This document shows, in pieces, positions 1-12,600 of a DNA stretch of 64,000 bases. The position numbers were made by a program, and so were the translations under genes. The notes beneath the pieces were generated by a model. That model had not been told where the DNA came from. It did no database searches and was given only the letters and a program-made list of their open reading frames with translations. This stretch comes from Antechinus flavipes (taxonomy: Eukaryota): positions 184,884,001 to 184,948,000 of the forward strand of contig NC_067401.1 in the NCBI RefSeq assembly GCF_016432865.1. The letters run 5' to 3'. Position 1 is the first letter of the stretch. Every line of letters begins with the position of its first letter.

Positions 1-333
1 ATTCTTCTTAGAATTATGACCAAAACAATTTCAGAGGATTAATAATGAAACATACTTCCCTCTCCTGATACAGAGATGAAGGACCCAAGAATGCAGAATG
101 AAACAATTTGTGTGTGGGTGTGTGTGTGGCCAATTTGGAAATTTGTTTTTAATTACATATGTTTGTAAAGAGTTTCATTTTTCTTTTGTCTTCAACTGAG
201 AGAAGTGCCTGAGCTAGGATAAGAAGGCAGATTTTTGCTGACTGAAAAAAAAAAGAATTATGGCAAAAATGTGTTACAAATGAATGTCATATCAGTTTGG
301 TCCAGTGTTCTAGCATGAAAAAATCTTTTTGAG

Positions 334-950
334 TTTGATAAATCCAAAGACTCCCAGCTTCTGGGATAAGTACTCACTATTCAACAAAAACTGCTGAGGA
401 AATTGGAAAATAGTATGGCAGAAACTAGGCATCGACTAACATCTCATACCCTATATCAGGAAATGGGTTCATGATTTCGACATAAAGGATGACAACTATA
501 AGCAAATTAGGAGAACAAGGGATAGTCTTGCTCTCAGATTTGTGGAAAAGGAAAGAATTTATGGCCAAAGAACAACTAGAGAACATTATAAAATGGATAA
601 CTTTTATTATATTAAATTTAAAAGGTTTTATACAAACAAAACTAATGCAGCCAAGATTAGAGGGGAAGAAAAAATTTTTATAGTCAGCATTTTTGATAAA
701 GGTCTCATTTCTAAAATATATACAGAATTGACTCATATTTATACGATACAAGCCATTTTCCGATTGATAAATGGTCAAAGGATATGAACAGACAATTTTC
801 AAACAAATAAATTAAAGCCATTTCTAGTCAAATGCATTTTTTCATTTAAAGCACTTTGAAAAAATGCTCTAAATCACTACTGATAAGAGAAATGCAACTT
901 AAGACAACTCTGAAATACCACTACACACCTCTCATTGACAAAATGACAGG
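334..950 (+). mobile_element. LINE-1 ORF2 3' fragment (degraded)
   Basis: Homologous to the L1 at ~6590-7170 (tcactattcaacaaaaactgctg..., acaaacaaaactaatgcagccaagattag, gcaacttaagacaactctga). Confidence 0.8.
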
Positions 951-1574
951 TTTCCTAAGATTGATCCAATTTTTAATTTCTTTTTTCTGTTATATAATAA
1001 ATAAACTCTGTTAATCACTCCTTTATCTCTGACCAATGAAGAATCAATGACCTGATTTGACTGGCAAGAACTGACCTTGCTCATTGAATTATTATACTCT
1101 GAAGTTTTGAACCTTAGATAGTTTCCCTTTTTTTTTGACTTAAAATCAAAGTGGAAAATGTCAAAGCTAATACATACACTTCAACTTCAGTTTTGACCAA
1201 CTAGTTCCTCGAGCTTCCTGATAAAGAAATTCTTTTCTTTCCCCTCTGTATTTGTTCTTTGTACCTTCTCCTCTTGCTTTCCATAACATTCCACTGCTTA
1301 TATATTCATATTCTATATAAGGATATTGAAACTGATGATCACTTTGTGTTCAGTGAAGACTACGTTCTTGGTTGTAATGATTACAGTTAACTATGCCTTC
1401 GATAATCAATGGATCCTTAGATAATTTTTATTTCACTAATTAAATATACATTTTTTGCACAGGAATAGTATGACTGACATTATCAAATGTATTAAAATTT
1501 ACATTGTCTACAAAATTCTCCATATCTAACAGTTTCAAAATTTTATCAAAAAAGAAATATGGTTTGAATTTGGT

Positions 1575-2095
1575 GCTAGAAGACAGTTCTTAGACAGTAA
1601 GGAGATCAATTCAGTTAATATTAAAAGAAATCAATTCAGGCTATTCACTGGAAGGTTAAGAATGAAACTGAAGTTTAAATACTCTAGCCCAGGGGTCCTC
1701 AAACTACGACCCGTGGACCAGATGCAGCAGCTGAGGACATTTATCCCCCTTACTCAGGGCTATGAAGTTTCTTTATTTAAAGGCCCACAAAACAAAGTTT
1801 TTGTTTTTACTATAGTCCGGCCCTCCAGTCTGAGGGACAGTGAACTGGCCCCCTATTTAAAAAGTTTGAAGACCCTTGCGTCTAGTCACATAATGAGAAA
1901 ACAGAACTCAGATGCTAGGAAAGACTGAAGGCAAAGGCAAAGGGAAAAAAAGCAGAGGATAAAATAGACAGTGTCATGGAAACATGAACATGAACTTTGA
2001 AAGACTTTGAGAGATAGTGGAAGATAGAAGGGCTATGTTATAGTCCATGGAGTCAGGAAGAATTGGATGTGAATGAATGAATGAACAACAACAAC
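1575..2095 (+). mobile_element. RTE/BovB-like LINE 3' end, interrupted by a hAT MITE
   Basis: gatgctaggaaagactgaaggc...atagtccatggagtc...gaatgaacaacaacaac typical RTE 3' end; sequence resumes across 1690-1878. Confidence 0.65.
1690..1878. mobile_element. Non-autonomous hAT-Charlie MITE (OC1/OposCharlie1-like), 189 bp
   Basis: TIRs CAGGGGTCCTCAAACT...AGTTTGAAGACCCTTG; degenerate TCTAG-core target duplication. Confidence 0.75.
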
Positions 2096-2645
2096 TGGCA
2101 CAATGTGTTCTTGATAAAGCTTTACTGACTCTGTGATCACTACTACTTTTTCTAGCTAGAAATCCAAGTAAAGTTCATTGGCCTCTAACTGATATTCTTT
2201 TCATTTTTTGAAAATCAGGACTACATTTGTCTTTCTCCAATCCCGTGTCTATTGCCAAAGATCAGTGACAATGACTCAGTAATTCTATCTACCAGTTTTG
2301 GGTTTTTGTTTTAATTTTAGTACGATTAAAGATATAGGTCACTGGGGTCAAGTGACTAGAATTTATAAGGGCATATAGGTATTCTTTAACTATCTCTCTC
2401 AGTCTTAGAAATTAACTCCCTATTAGCCACTTTTGTTCTATATTTTTAAATACTAAGATCACTCTCCTTGGAAGAAATGAGCAACTCTGCTTTTTCTCTG
2501 ACATCAGTTATAACCATATCTATTCTGAAAATCAAATTCTATTCCCCAAAATAGCTTCAAAATACTTGTCTCATTAGCCTTAATATTTTTTATCTGAATC
2601 CAAGTGATCTCAGCTCACTGTGCATGTCCAAAAGACAAGACCTAC

Positions 2646-3598
2646 CTGAGAAGGGGCTGTGGTACTGAGCAACTGGTGTGCCTCATCCCAATGAGCCCGA
2701 AGCATGGACTGGAACCTTTCTACCAGCTCTACCCGCTGTTCTTCTAGCTGCCTGTGTACCATACGTAATTCCCGTACTCGGGCCTGCTCATGAGCCAATC
2801 TAGGAAAATGAGAGGAAAAGGGATTTAAGGCTAGACTCTTGAGTTCCTTGGGAGAATGGGGTGATGAGACAAATTAGGACTTAGGAAATCTGAAGCTTAA
2901 AATTTGAGAGAAGCAGAATTCTGGGGCACCTAAAAGTCAGAAGAGAAGTTTGAGGAGGTTCTCAAAGCCAGCACCTGAGTTCATAGTCTTGAGCCACCTG
3001 CTGATGCCGATCTTCTCGCTCTGACAACTCCCCCTGGAGCTGATCCAACTGATTAGACAGTTCCCGTTGATGCTGCTCAGTTAACTCCTGTAACTGCTTC
3101 CTAATAACAATAAAATTCCAAATAATTAGTTATAAAAACAACTTTTATGGAATACTATAAGTTTCTAATTTCTAAGGAGGTAAGACCCAGAAATGAAAGA
3201 GGCCTGAGTCTGGGAATGAAAAGAGAAAAACAAGAAAAAAATCAGAAAAAGAAAAAAGCTAGCTTGCCCATAAACACAGGGCAGGAGTGGGAGACTGCTA
3301 ACAAAGAACAAAACTGCGGACCATCCCTGATACCTGTGTTGTTCCCGAAGACTGCTCACTTGCCGAAGGCTGCTCTCTTGCACCTGGGCTAGTCTTTCAG
3401 TTACTCTCTGCTCTAGCAAAATAGCAAGCTCTGACTCCATTTGTACTCGCTGGGCTTCAAACCGGGCCTGGTAATGAGGATATGCAGAGGATACTCAGGC
3501 TGGCCTAGGAAGCTAGGGTACAGTCTCTGCTCCTTATTGAGGTTTAAAGAGGCCAGAGGCAGAACATAAAACAAATCTTAATTTATGTTTCTCTGTGT

Positions 3599-3635
<37 letters not shown>

Positions 3636-6600
3636 ATTCACAAGCATAAGGAAAGAAAAGCAAAGAGTTTCTTTCAATCAAGATGTCACCTTCTTCTTAC
3701 ATGTCTATGAATTAATCATCTTTCAAAAGTTGAAACCAAATTATTCTTTTAAATGAGAAAGACTAACCACCTTCTAAATTTACCTAACTTGAGAAAGCAG
3801 ACACATTGATCTACAACAGTTCATGGTAGAGTTATAAATTAATAACACCAATTTGGAAAGCAAATTAGGACAACACCCAAAAAGTTACTAAACTGGGCAT
3901 ACCCTTTGACCCAAAATACAACAATTAGACCTATATTACAAGAAAATCAAAGAAAAAGGAAAAGAATCTGTGTCCAAAAATATTTATAGCAGCTCTTTTT
4001 ATGATGCAAAGAACTAGAAACTAAGAAGTGGGAGTCCCTATCAATTGGAGAATGGCTGAACAAATTATGGTATGTAAACATAATGGATTATTATTATACA
4101 ATAAGGAATTAATAAAGAGATAATTTTTGAGAAACTTGGGAAGACTTGAGCAGAAGAATAATTTAAAATATTAACATTAACACTGTAGAAACAAATTTGA
4201 AACACTTAACTGATCAACACAATGATCAATTATGATTCCAGATAAGCAACAATGAAGATTATAGCCTACCGTACTGACAGACAGAATGAGGCACATTTTG
4301 GATACAGTCAACATGGGCATGTGTTTTGCTTAATTATGAGTTTTTTTTGTAACAAGGGTTTTGCTTTTCATTCTTCACTGAGGGGAGTGAGAAAGAAAGA
4401 AATGCTACTATGTATGTGTATGTGTGTGTGTGTGTGTGTGTAATTTAACTATTAAAATTGAAAAAAAAATTGAATTAAAAAATAAGTCTACAAGGAATGA
4501 AATACGCATAAACTTATTAACAGATAACATACTAAAACTATGATTTAGACTTGCATAAAGGTACATACTTTACTGCGTAATTACTTCCAATTCTAATAAA
4601 TTGAACATTAAATATCTACTTTTGTGGCAAGCCCTCAAGACTCCCATGGGATGGGAGTACCAGATCATGTTACTTGTCTCCTAAGGAACTAATTGATTAT
4701 TTCAAGATTGAGAAAGGAATATGGTAAGTTTATATATTACCAACTCATTTATTTAACTAAAATGAAGAATACATTTTGCAAAATGCCAGGCTGGATGAAT
4801 CAAAAGTTGGGAGTTGCTGGGAGAAATAGCAACAGCTTCTGACATGCAACACTGACACAATGATGCCCTCAAGTGAAATATATTTGGAGGAAAAGTAAGT
4901 AGTATGTGTATTAGTTCTACAACATTGGCAATGTAGTAGAAATATACACTTAGCAACTGAAAATCAGTTGTTTTTTGATCTTGGATAAACCTTTCTCAAC
5001 TAGAGAAAAAGTCAATAAATTACAATACTCTAACCCCTAACCTGCACCAAGCTGGTTTCCAGCTGTAAAGCATCTCTTTCTCGCCGTACTGTGTCCAATT
5101 CCTCTTCTAACCTCTGCACATCAGACTGAACCGATGATAGGAGTTGCTGAGCTTCTCGGGCTGCTTGTATGTCCCGCTGGGAGTTTGCCTGAGGAGAAAG
5201 GAAAATCCAAAGACTTTATATTCTCTTCAGAGCATATTGGACAAGTAGTGGACAGGTAGATGGCACAATGAATAAACCACTAGTTTTGGAGTCAGGAGGA
5301 CCTGAGTTCTGCCTCAAGACACACTTCCTAGCTGTGTGAAGCTGGGCAAGTCACAATCCCAATTGCCTTGCAAAAAATTAATAAACAAACAAACCAAAGG
5401 CTATTTTTCTGTCCCCACTCTAACCTCTATACTCTGTGCTCTGCTTCTAAATCTCCTAACTCATGCTTCACCCCTCTTTCTTAAACCAAACTACTATACA
5501 TCACTAACTCCCCTTAGCAATTTGTTCATCCTGATAAAACCGTACCCTCATAGCCTTGTCTTCTACATTCCTTCCATCATTTGCCACCACCTTCTTAATA
5601 AACTCAAGTTTCTGTACTCAGTCTCTTTGCCTTTTCTTTCCTCATTTATGTATAACTTTCTGCTCATTCTCCTCTCTCTATCCTAGGCTTCAGGCCAATG
5701 CTTCTCTCCTACCCTTACCTGTTCCCTCTCCAGTTGGATCCGGCCCTCTTCTTGTAGACTTTTACAGCGTTCTTCAAGCTGATGTTCACGCTGGGTCCAG
5801 GCCTGATGCTTTTCCTCCAAGGCAGCTTGGAGTGCTTCTAGTTCTCTGTGCTGATTTAGCTGCTCTGCCCGTGCCTCATCCCGCTCCTCCTGTAGAGTCC
5901 GACACCGTTGCTGTTCCCGCTCTAAGCTACGAGCTAAAGCTTGTCGAGCTTCTTTCTATAGCCGCAACAGGCAACCAAGTTAATTACAAGATAACTACCA
6001 AGGCCCCTAGAGAATCAACTAAAAAACTATTAGAAGCAATCCACAACTTCAGCAAAGTTGCAGGATATAAAATAAATCCACATAAATCATCAGCATTCTT
6101 ATACATCACTAACAAAATCCAACAGCAAGAGATACAAAAAGAAATTTCATTTAAAATAACTGTCGATAGTATCTGCCAAGGGAAAGTCAAAAACTATATA
6201 AGTAAAATTACAAAACACTTCCCATACAAATAAAGTCAGATCTAAGCAACTGGAAAAATATCAAGTGCTCATGGATAAGTCAAGTGAATATAATAATGAC
6301 GACAATACTCTCTAAACTAATATATTTATTTAGTGCTATACCAATCAAATTGCCAAGAAACTATTTTACTGACCTAGAAAAAAAATTCATCTGGAAGGAC
6401 AAAAGGTCAAGAATTTCAAAGGAATTAATGAAGAGAAAAGCAAATGAAGGTGGCCTAGCTGTACTAGTTTTAAAAGCACATTATAAAGCAGCAGTCTTCA
6501 AAACCATTTGGTAATGGCTAAGAAATAGAGAAGTTGATCAGTAGAATAGGTTAGGTTCACAGAACAAATAGCAATCTAGTATTTGACAACTCCAAAGGCC

Positions 6601-9600
6601 CCAGCTTGTGTGATAAGAATTCACTATTTCACAAAAACTGCTGGGAAAATTCAAAACTAGTATGGCAGAAAGTAGGGATAGACCCACACCTAACATTGTA
6701 TACCAAGATAAGGTCGAAATGGGTTCATGATCTAGACATAAACAATGATATAAACAAATTTAGAAGAACATAGGATAGTTTACCTCTCAGATTTGTGGAG
6801 GAGGAAGGAATTTGTAACCAAAGAAGAGCTAGAGATCATTATTGATCACAAAATAGATAATTTTGATTATATTAAGTTTAAAAGTTTTTGTACAAACAAA
6901 ACTAATGCAGTCAAGATTAAAAGGAAAGCAATAAACTGGGGAAAATATTTTTACATCCAAAGAATCTGATAAAGGCCTCATTTCTAAAATATATGGAGAA
7001 TTGACTCATTCTCCAATTGATAAACAGTTAAAAGATATGAACAATTTTCAGATGAAGAAGTTGAAACTATTTGTAGCCACATGAAATGGTGTTCCCAATC
7101 ACTATTGATCAGAAAAATGCAAATTAAGACAACTCTGAGATTAAACACCTCTCAGATTTGCTAAGATGACAGGAAAAGACGAATGTTGGAGGGGATGTGG
7201 GAAAACTAGGACATTGATAATGTTGTTGGTGAAACTGTGAATGGATCCAACAATTCTAGAGAGCAGTTTGGAACCATGCTCAAAAAGTTATCAAACTATG
7301 TGTACCCTTTGACCCAGCAGTGTTTTTACTGGGATTATATTCCAAAGAGATCTTAGAGAGAAAGGGACCCACATGTGCAAAAATATTTGTGGCAGCTCTC
7401 TTTGTAGTGGCAAGAAACTGGAAACTGAATGGATGCCCATCAATTGGAGAATGGTTTAATAAATTATGGCATATGAATATTATGGAATACTACTGTTCTG
7501 TAAGAAATGACCAGAAGAATGATTTCAGAGAGGTTTGGAGAGACCTACGTGAACTGATGCTAAGTGAAATGAGCAGAACCAGGAGATCATTATACATGGA
7601 AACGAGAAGACTATACAACGATCAATTCTGATGGACACAGCTCTCTTCAACATTGAGATGATTCAAACCAGTTCCACTTATTCAATGATGAAGAGAGCCA
7701 TCTATACCCAGAAAAAGGATCATGGGAACTGAATGTGGATCACAACATAGCATTCTCACTCTCTCTGTTGTTGTTTGTTTGCATTTTGTTTTCTTTTGCA
7801 GTTTTTTCTTCCTTCTTGATCTGATCTTTCTTGTACAGAAAGCAAGATAACTGTATAAATATGTATACAAATATTGGATTTAACATATATTTTAACATAT
7901 TTAATGTATTGGACTACCTGCCAGCTAGGGGTGGGGGTGGGGAGGAGGGGAAATTTTGGAAAAAAGGTTTTGCAAGGGTCAATGTTGGAAAAATTACCCA
8001 TGCATATGTTTTGTAAATAAAAAGATTTAATAACAATTAATTAATTAATTAATTTAAAAAGGGTAAGAAAAAGCTAACTACCAAGGCCCAGTACATTGAC
8101 AAACCCCCTCTCCCATACTTAGGAAATATCTCTTGATACCTGTTTTTTCAGCAAGCCAGTTGGATAGCAGTAAAAAAAAAAAAAAAAAAAAAAGAATTTA
8201 AGTACCATATCTGTCATTTACTAGCCATATGACCTTACACAATTCAATTATGGAAACTGTGGTTCAGAGAAATTATTTGTAAAATGGGGAGATACTACTT
8301 ATACTATCAATATCATAAGATTATGGTGAAGAAAGTGATTTTTAAATATTCATATCCTATAAAAATGAGTTATTATTATTATTACAAATTCCAAATTATA
8401 AGTCAAATAAATCTCAGTAGACAACAAAAGACCTAAGTTTAGAATTCTGGTTGAACATTCCTTACCATTAAAATTGGTCTCCTTCTATTGTCATCAAGAC
8501 AAGTCCTTTAATAATATATACCAAATCCCACACTTAACTCCTAGCTTATATTAGTAATCATCTTATTATCTACCTACCACTTGATTCACATATCAGCTTT
8601 TCAGTCAGAACCTAGAAGCAGGTTACCAGCTTTCTGCATACCAGACTTCCTTGATAGCCCAGTTCCCAGGGAGTCAAGAGTCCCAGATAAGTGAAATTAG
8701 TCTGGCTCTCTCACCAATGTCTCTTGCTCCTGTTGCTGTTGGTTGGTCCCTTCCCGCTCCCTACTCAGGGCTTCCTTCGTCTGCTTTAGACTCTGTTCTA
8801 GTCGAGCTATAGTCTACAGGCAGGGAGGAAGAAGAGACGATAGAATTCAGGGAGAATGAGAAGCCAAGTCCCAGAACACATAAAATATACACATTCTTAA
8901 CTCTTAATATCATGGGGCTGATTAGACAGGGGCACCCAACTTTTTCCAAATATTTTTAATACCAAATGGAGCAAGAAGATGTGAAAGGCATAATGTTGAC
9001 GATGACATCTGTTACTAATTTTTGGAGTGGAGTGATAGGCTTACCAAGTGAGGCTTCAAGATCATGTTCAATGGACAAAGAATGGATTGTTTTCAAACTA
9101 ACAAAAGTTATCTGAATAAATGTTCCAAGTTACTAATAAAAGAAATGAAAATTAAAACAATCTGACCATCAAATTGACTATCAAATTGATAGCCACTGAA
9201 AAGCCTAATGGGATGATAGGCACATTAACGAACTGTTGGTGGAGTTTGAAATTAGCCTAATTGACCTAGATTGAAATTATGTAAGAAAAATGATTTAAAA
9301 AATTTTAGAACCTTTGAACCTTTATAACCTTTGAGATTTCTTGTTCCCTACAATAGACAATTTCATGTCATATATAATAACATGCATAACAGGACTTTTT
9401 TGTGGTAGCATAAAATTGGAAACAAAGTGAATACCCATCAGCTAAAGGACTGAAAAATTTGTTGGAACATGAATGTAGTAAAAGATTATGATGATCCTGA
9501 AGAATTCAAGGAATTATGGGAAGACCTGTATAAGTTGATGCTATTCTAGGTCCCTTTTTAGAATTATGTTTTTAAATGCATAGGCTTTAAAGGAAATCAA

Positions 9601-12600
9601 TTGAGTTTCTCAAAATATATATTTTTTAAACCAGGTGAACCCAGATCTAGTATCATGTTTCTTATGCTAAAATTCCAACTTCCTTGCTTTCTACTTTAAT
9701 GCCTAGGTCATGTACCTCTTGCTGTTGGCTTCGAGTAAGTTCAATAGCCTTTTGCTCCTCTTGCAGCCCCTGAAGAACTTCTGTCCTCTCAGCCTCATGT
9801 CGGTTCCAGCCCTCTACCACTCGGGCCAAGGTCTAAATAGTATAAGGGAGATGGAGAAAGGGAAGGTATAGTGAGATCTTACAACAGTTGTGTCTCTGTC
9901 TTCTGAATGGATTGGTAGCTATCTCTGTCTCCTAGCATGTATATGAGAATAAACAAATAGAAAAACCTGTTTATAATGCCCTCATTCTTCATAACATGAA
10001 CAATGTTGAAATGTTTTGCCTGACTGCATGATATCAAATTGCTTGTCTTCTCAATCATAGGGAAGGGAGAGAACTGAGAACTCAAAATTTTAAAAAATGA
10101 ATGTTAAAAATGCTTTTTACATGTAATAAGGGAAAAAATAAAATCATAAGTAAATATAACCCTTCATTTGTTCCACAATTCCACTATGGCTAAATCTAAT
10201 CCCTTGTCTCCTGTTTGTTTTGGGCAGGTGATATTGTACTCCAGGTCCAGTTTCCCTTGTTCCCCTGGCACCTTGTCCAGTTGCTCAATCATAAGGTCTT
10301 TCTTTCGGTCTGCAGCCACAGCAACAGCTAACTGCTGCTGCAGTTCTAACACACGAGTCTGTAGATTCTGGATGTGACGTTCACAATGCTAAGGACAAAA
10401 AGCAAGGAACAGCATTCACTTCTTACTTATTATCCTGGCCCAGAGCCTTCTGGCAGGGAAAAATGAAAACTGAAAAAGGTTGTCTAGGTCTCTGGTGGCA
10501 TAGTTTGGGCTAAAAGAGGGATACTTGGTGACTATGGGGCAGGAATCAGTCACAAAAGGGAAGATGGGTTTAGGATTGAGTTTCAATTATTTCTCTAACA
10601 TGTTTTTCTTAGCCTTCAGGAATCATACTTCTGAGTTCCTTTTTTTCCCCAGAGCACTGGGAAAGAGTCTTGGAGTCCTTGGAAACACAAGGAATAACAA
10701 AGATGGGAAGCAAGTTCCACTTAAGAAGCCTAATATACACATCACCTAAACGTGGCAAGGTCTTAAGGAAGATTCCCTACACTTTCCTTCCCATCTAGAT
10801 TGCATTGCATGTGGGCAATTAGGTTACCTAGAAGGGAATAAATGAAGGGCAATGTTTATTTTATCTCCATACTTCTTTCCCCTCTCAACTTGTGCAAAGG
10901 ATGTTAAAATGGGGGACATCAAATAGTTTATAGTTTAGGTCCAGGACCTATTTATCTGGTCATTCTGGACATATCTAGACATTCATTGACTCTTTTCAAC
11001 ATCTCTTATTCTCTCAGGAATGATTCATCTACTTTTTCCTCCTTCAATTCCTCAACTTACCCTACGGCGGGTATGTTCTGTGTCCAAGGCATCTCTTAGT
11101 CCCTGCAGATCAGGAAAGTAGTGAGGAGTTCCAGGACGGATACTAGTATATCGAGGAAACAACTCCTCCAGGGCTGGAGCTGAGCTGGGTGGAGATAGCT
11201 CTTGAAGGGGCCGGGTACTAAGCAAATCACAGAAACTTATAACTAGAAGGGACTTTAGATTAGATTATTTTTACTGAGGAAATCGAACTCACAGAGGAAA
11301 GAAACATACCCAAAGTCCCTTAACTAATTAATGATAGACTGAGCCAAGAGCTCTGTGTGCCAAAAACAAAGCAGAGGTTTAAGAACTAAAATCCTACAGC
11401 AGAGAACATCTTTATGACTCACAGGGATTTAAGGGCAACTCACTTTAGCAGAGTGGCTGTGCTGTCACTGTCAAAAGAGTCGTCTTCTCGCCTCTCTGGG
11501 ACAGTACCTGGAATAAGGTTATCCCCTGCAAGCAGCCAGAGGAATCGAAGGGCTAGGGGTAAGGTATGGACAGGGGCAGAGCCCATTTAAAGATGAAAGA
11601 ACAAATAGTCCTTTCCACCTCACCTTCTTCCCTGCTGCTTCCCTTCCATGTTCTTCCAGCCCTTCTGGCTATACCCCTTTTTATGGCCCCAGAGAAGCAG
11701 GCTCACTTACGAGGAGCAGTATCCCGAGAAGCTTGAAGCATGCTTTGGAGGTGACCCCGTACACTTTCCATTTCCAATATATGCTGGGAACCTCCCTGAA
11801 GGGCAGAGACCCAAAACCTGTTTACTCCTACACTTCTTTTCTTATTAAAGAAGATGTTATCTTCCCTTTTCCCTATCCCACCTCCAACTTTAGAACCTAA
11901 TTATTTTCATGTCTCAGTGAAGACATATAAATGAAGTGACTCCACTGAGAGCCACTTCTCTCACTAGTTTTTTCTTATAGAGAAATAACCCTCTTAATTA
12001 AAAGTTCAATTAGAATACTATGCTTTGTGATTAACTTGTTAGATTCAAAATTCAAAATGCTAGTTTTTTGTTTTTTTTTTCAATTCAAAATTGTTACTTT
12101 ACTATCCCTAACTCCTGGTCCTATCTTGTGACCCACACATTTTACCACCGTGACTATATTTCCCAAGTAGCTAGGACTCTAGATCTTCCTAGGATCTATA
12201 TTCCCAGCAGTGGCACATCTCTAACTCTTCCCAAAGTATTATTTGTATGACATTTTAGGAAGAATTTTCCAGTGTGCCAAACTCATAGTATCCTGGTCCT
12301 TTCTCCTACTCACAAACACAGTTACTAGTAAAGGATATCACTGGTTTCATACTGTAATGTGGTTCAATGAATAGAGAACTTGGAATAAGGAAGATCTGAA
12401 TTTGAATTTTGCCTCAGATTTTTACTAGCTTGTAACCCTGGGTAAATTCAGTTGACTTTTCTCAGCCTCAGTTTCCTCTTCTATAAAATGGGGTTGATAA
12501 TAGCACCTATCTTCTTGTTGTGAAGATTAGATAATTTATGTAAAGCATTTTGCAAATCTTAAGGCACTAAATTCACTCTTTGTGACCCTACTTGAGGCTT

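Noticed and set aside
5556-6233. 225-aa plus-strand ORF
   Set aside because: Chimera of the antisense of a CNTROB exon and an L1 ORF2 fragment; not an independent gene
11620-11700. Purine-rich segment with a minus-strand donor AAG|GTGAGG inside CNTROB intron 2
   Set aside because: No credible acceptor; read-through from exon 2 hits TGA at once; exons 2 and 3 already join in phase
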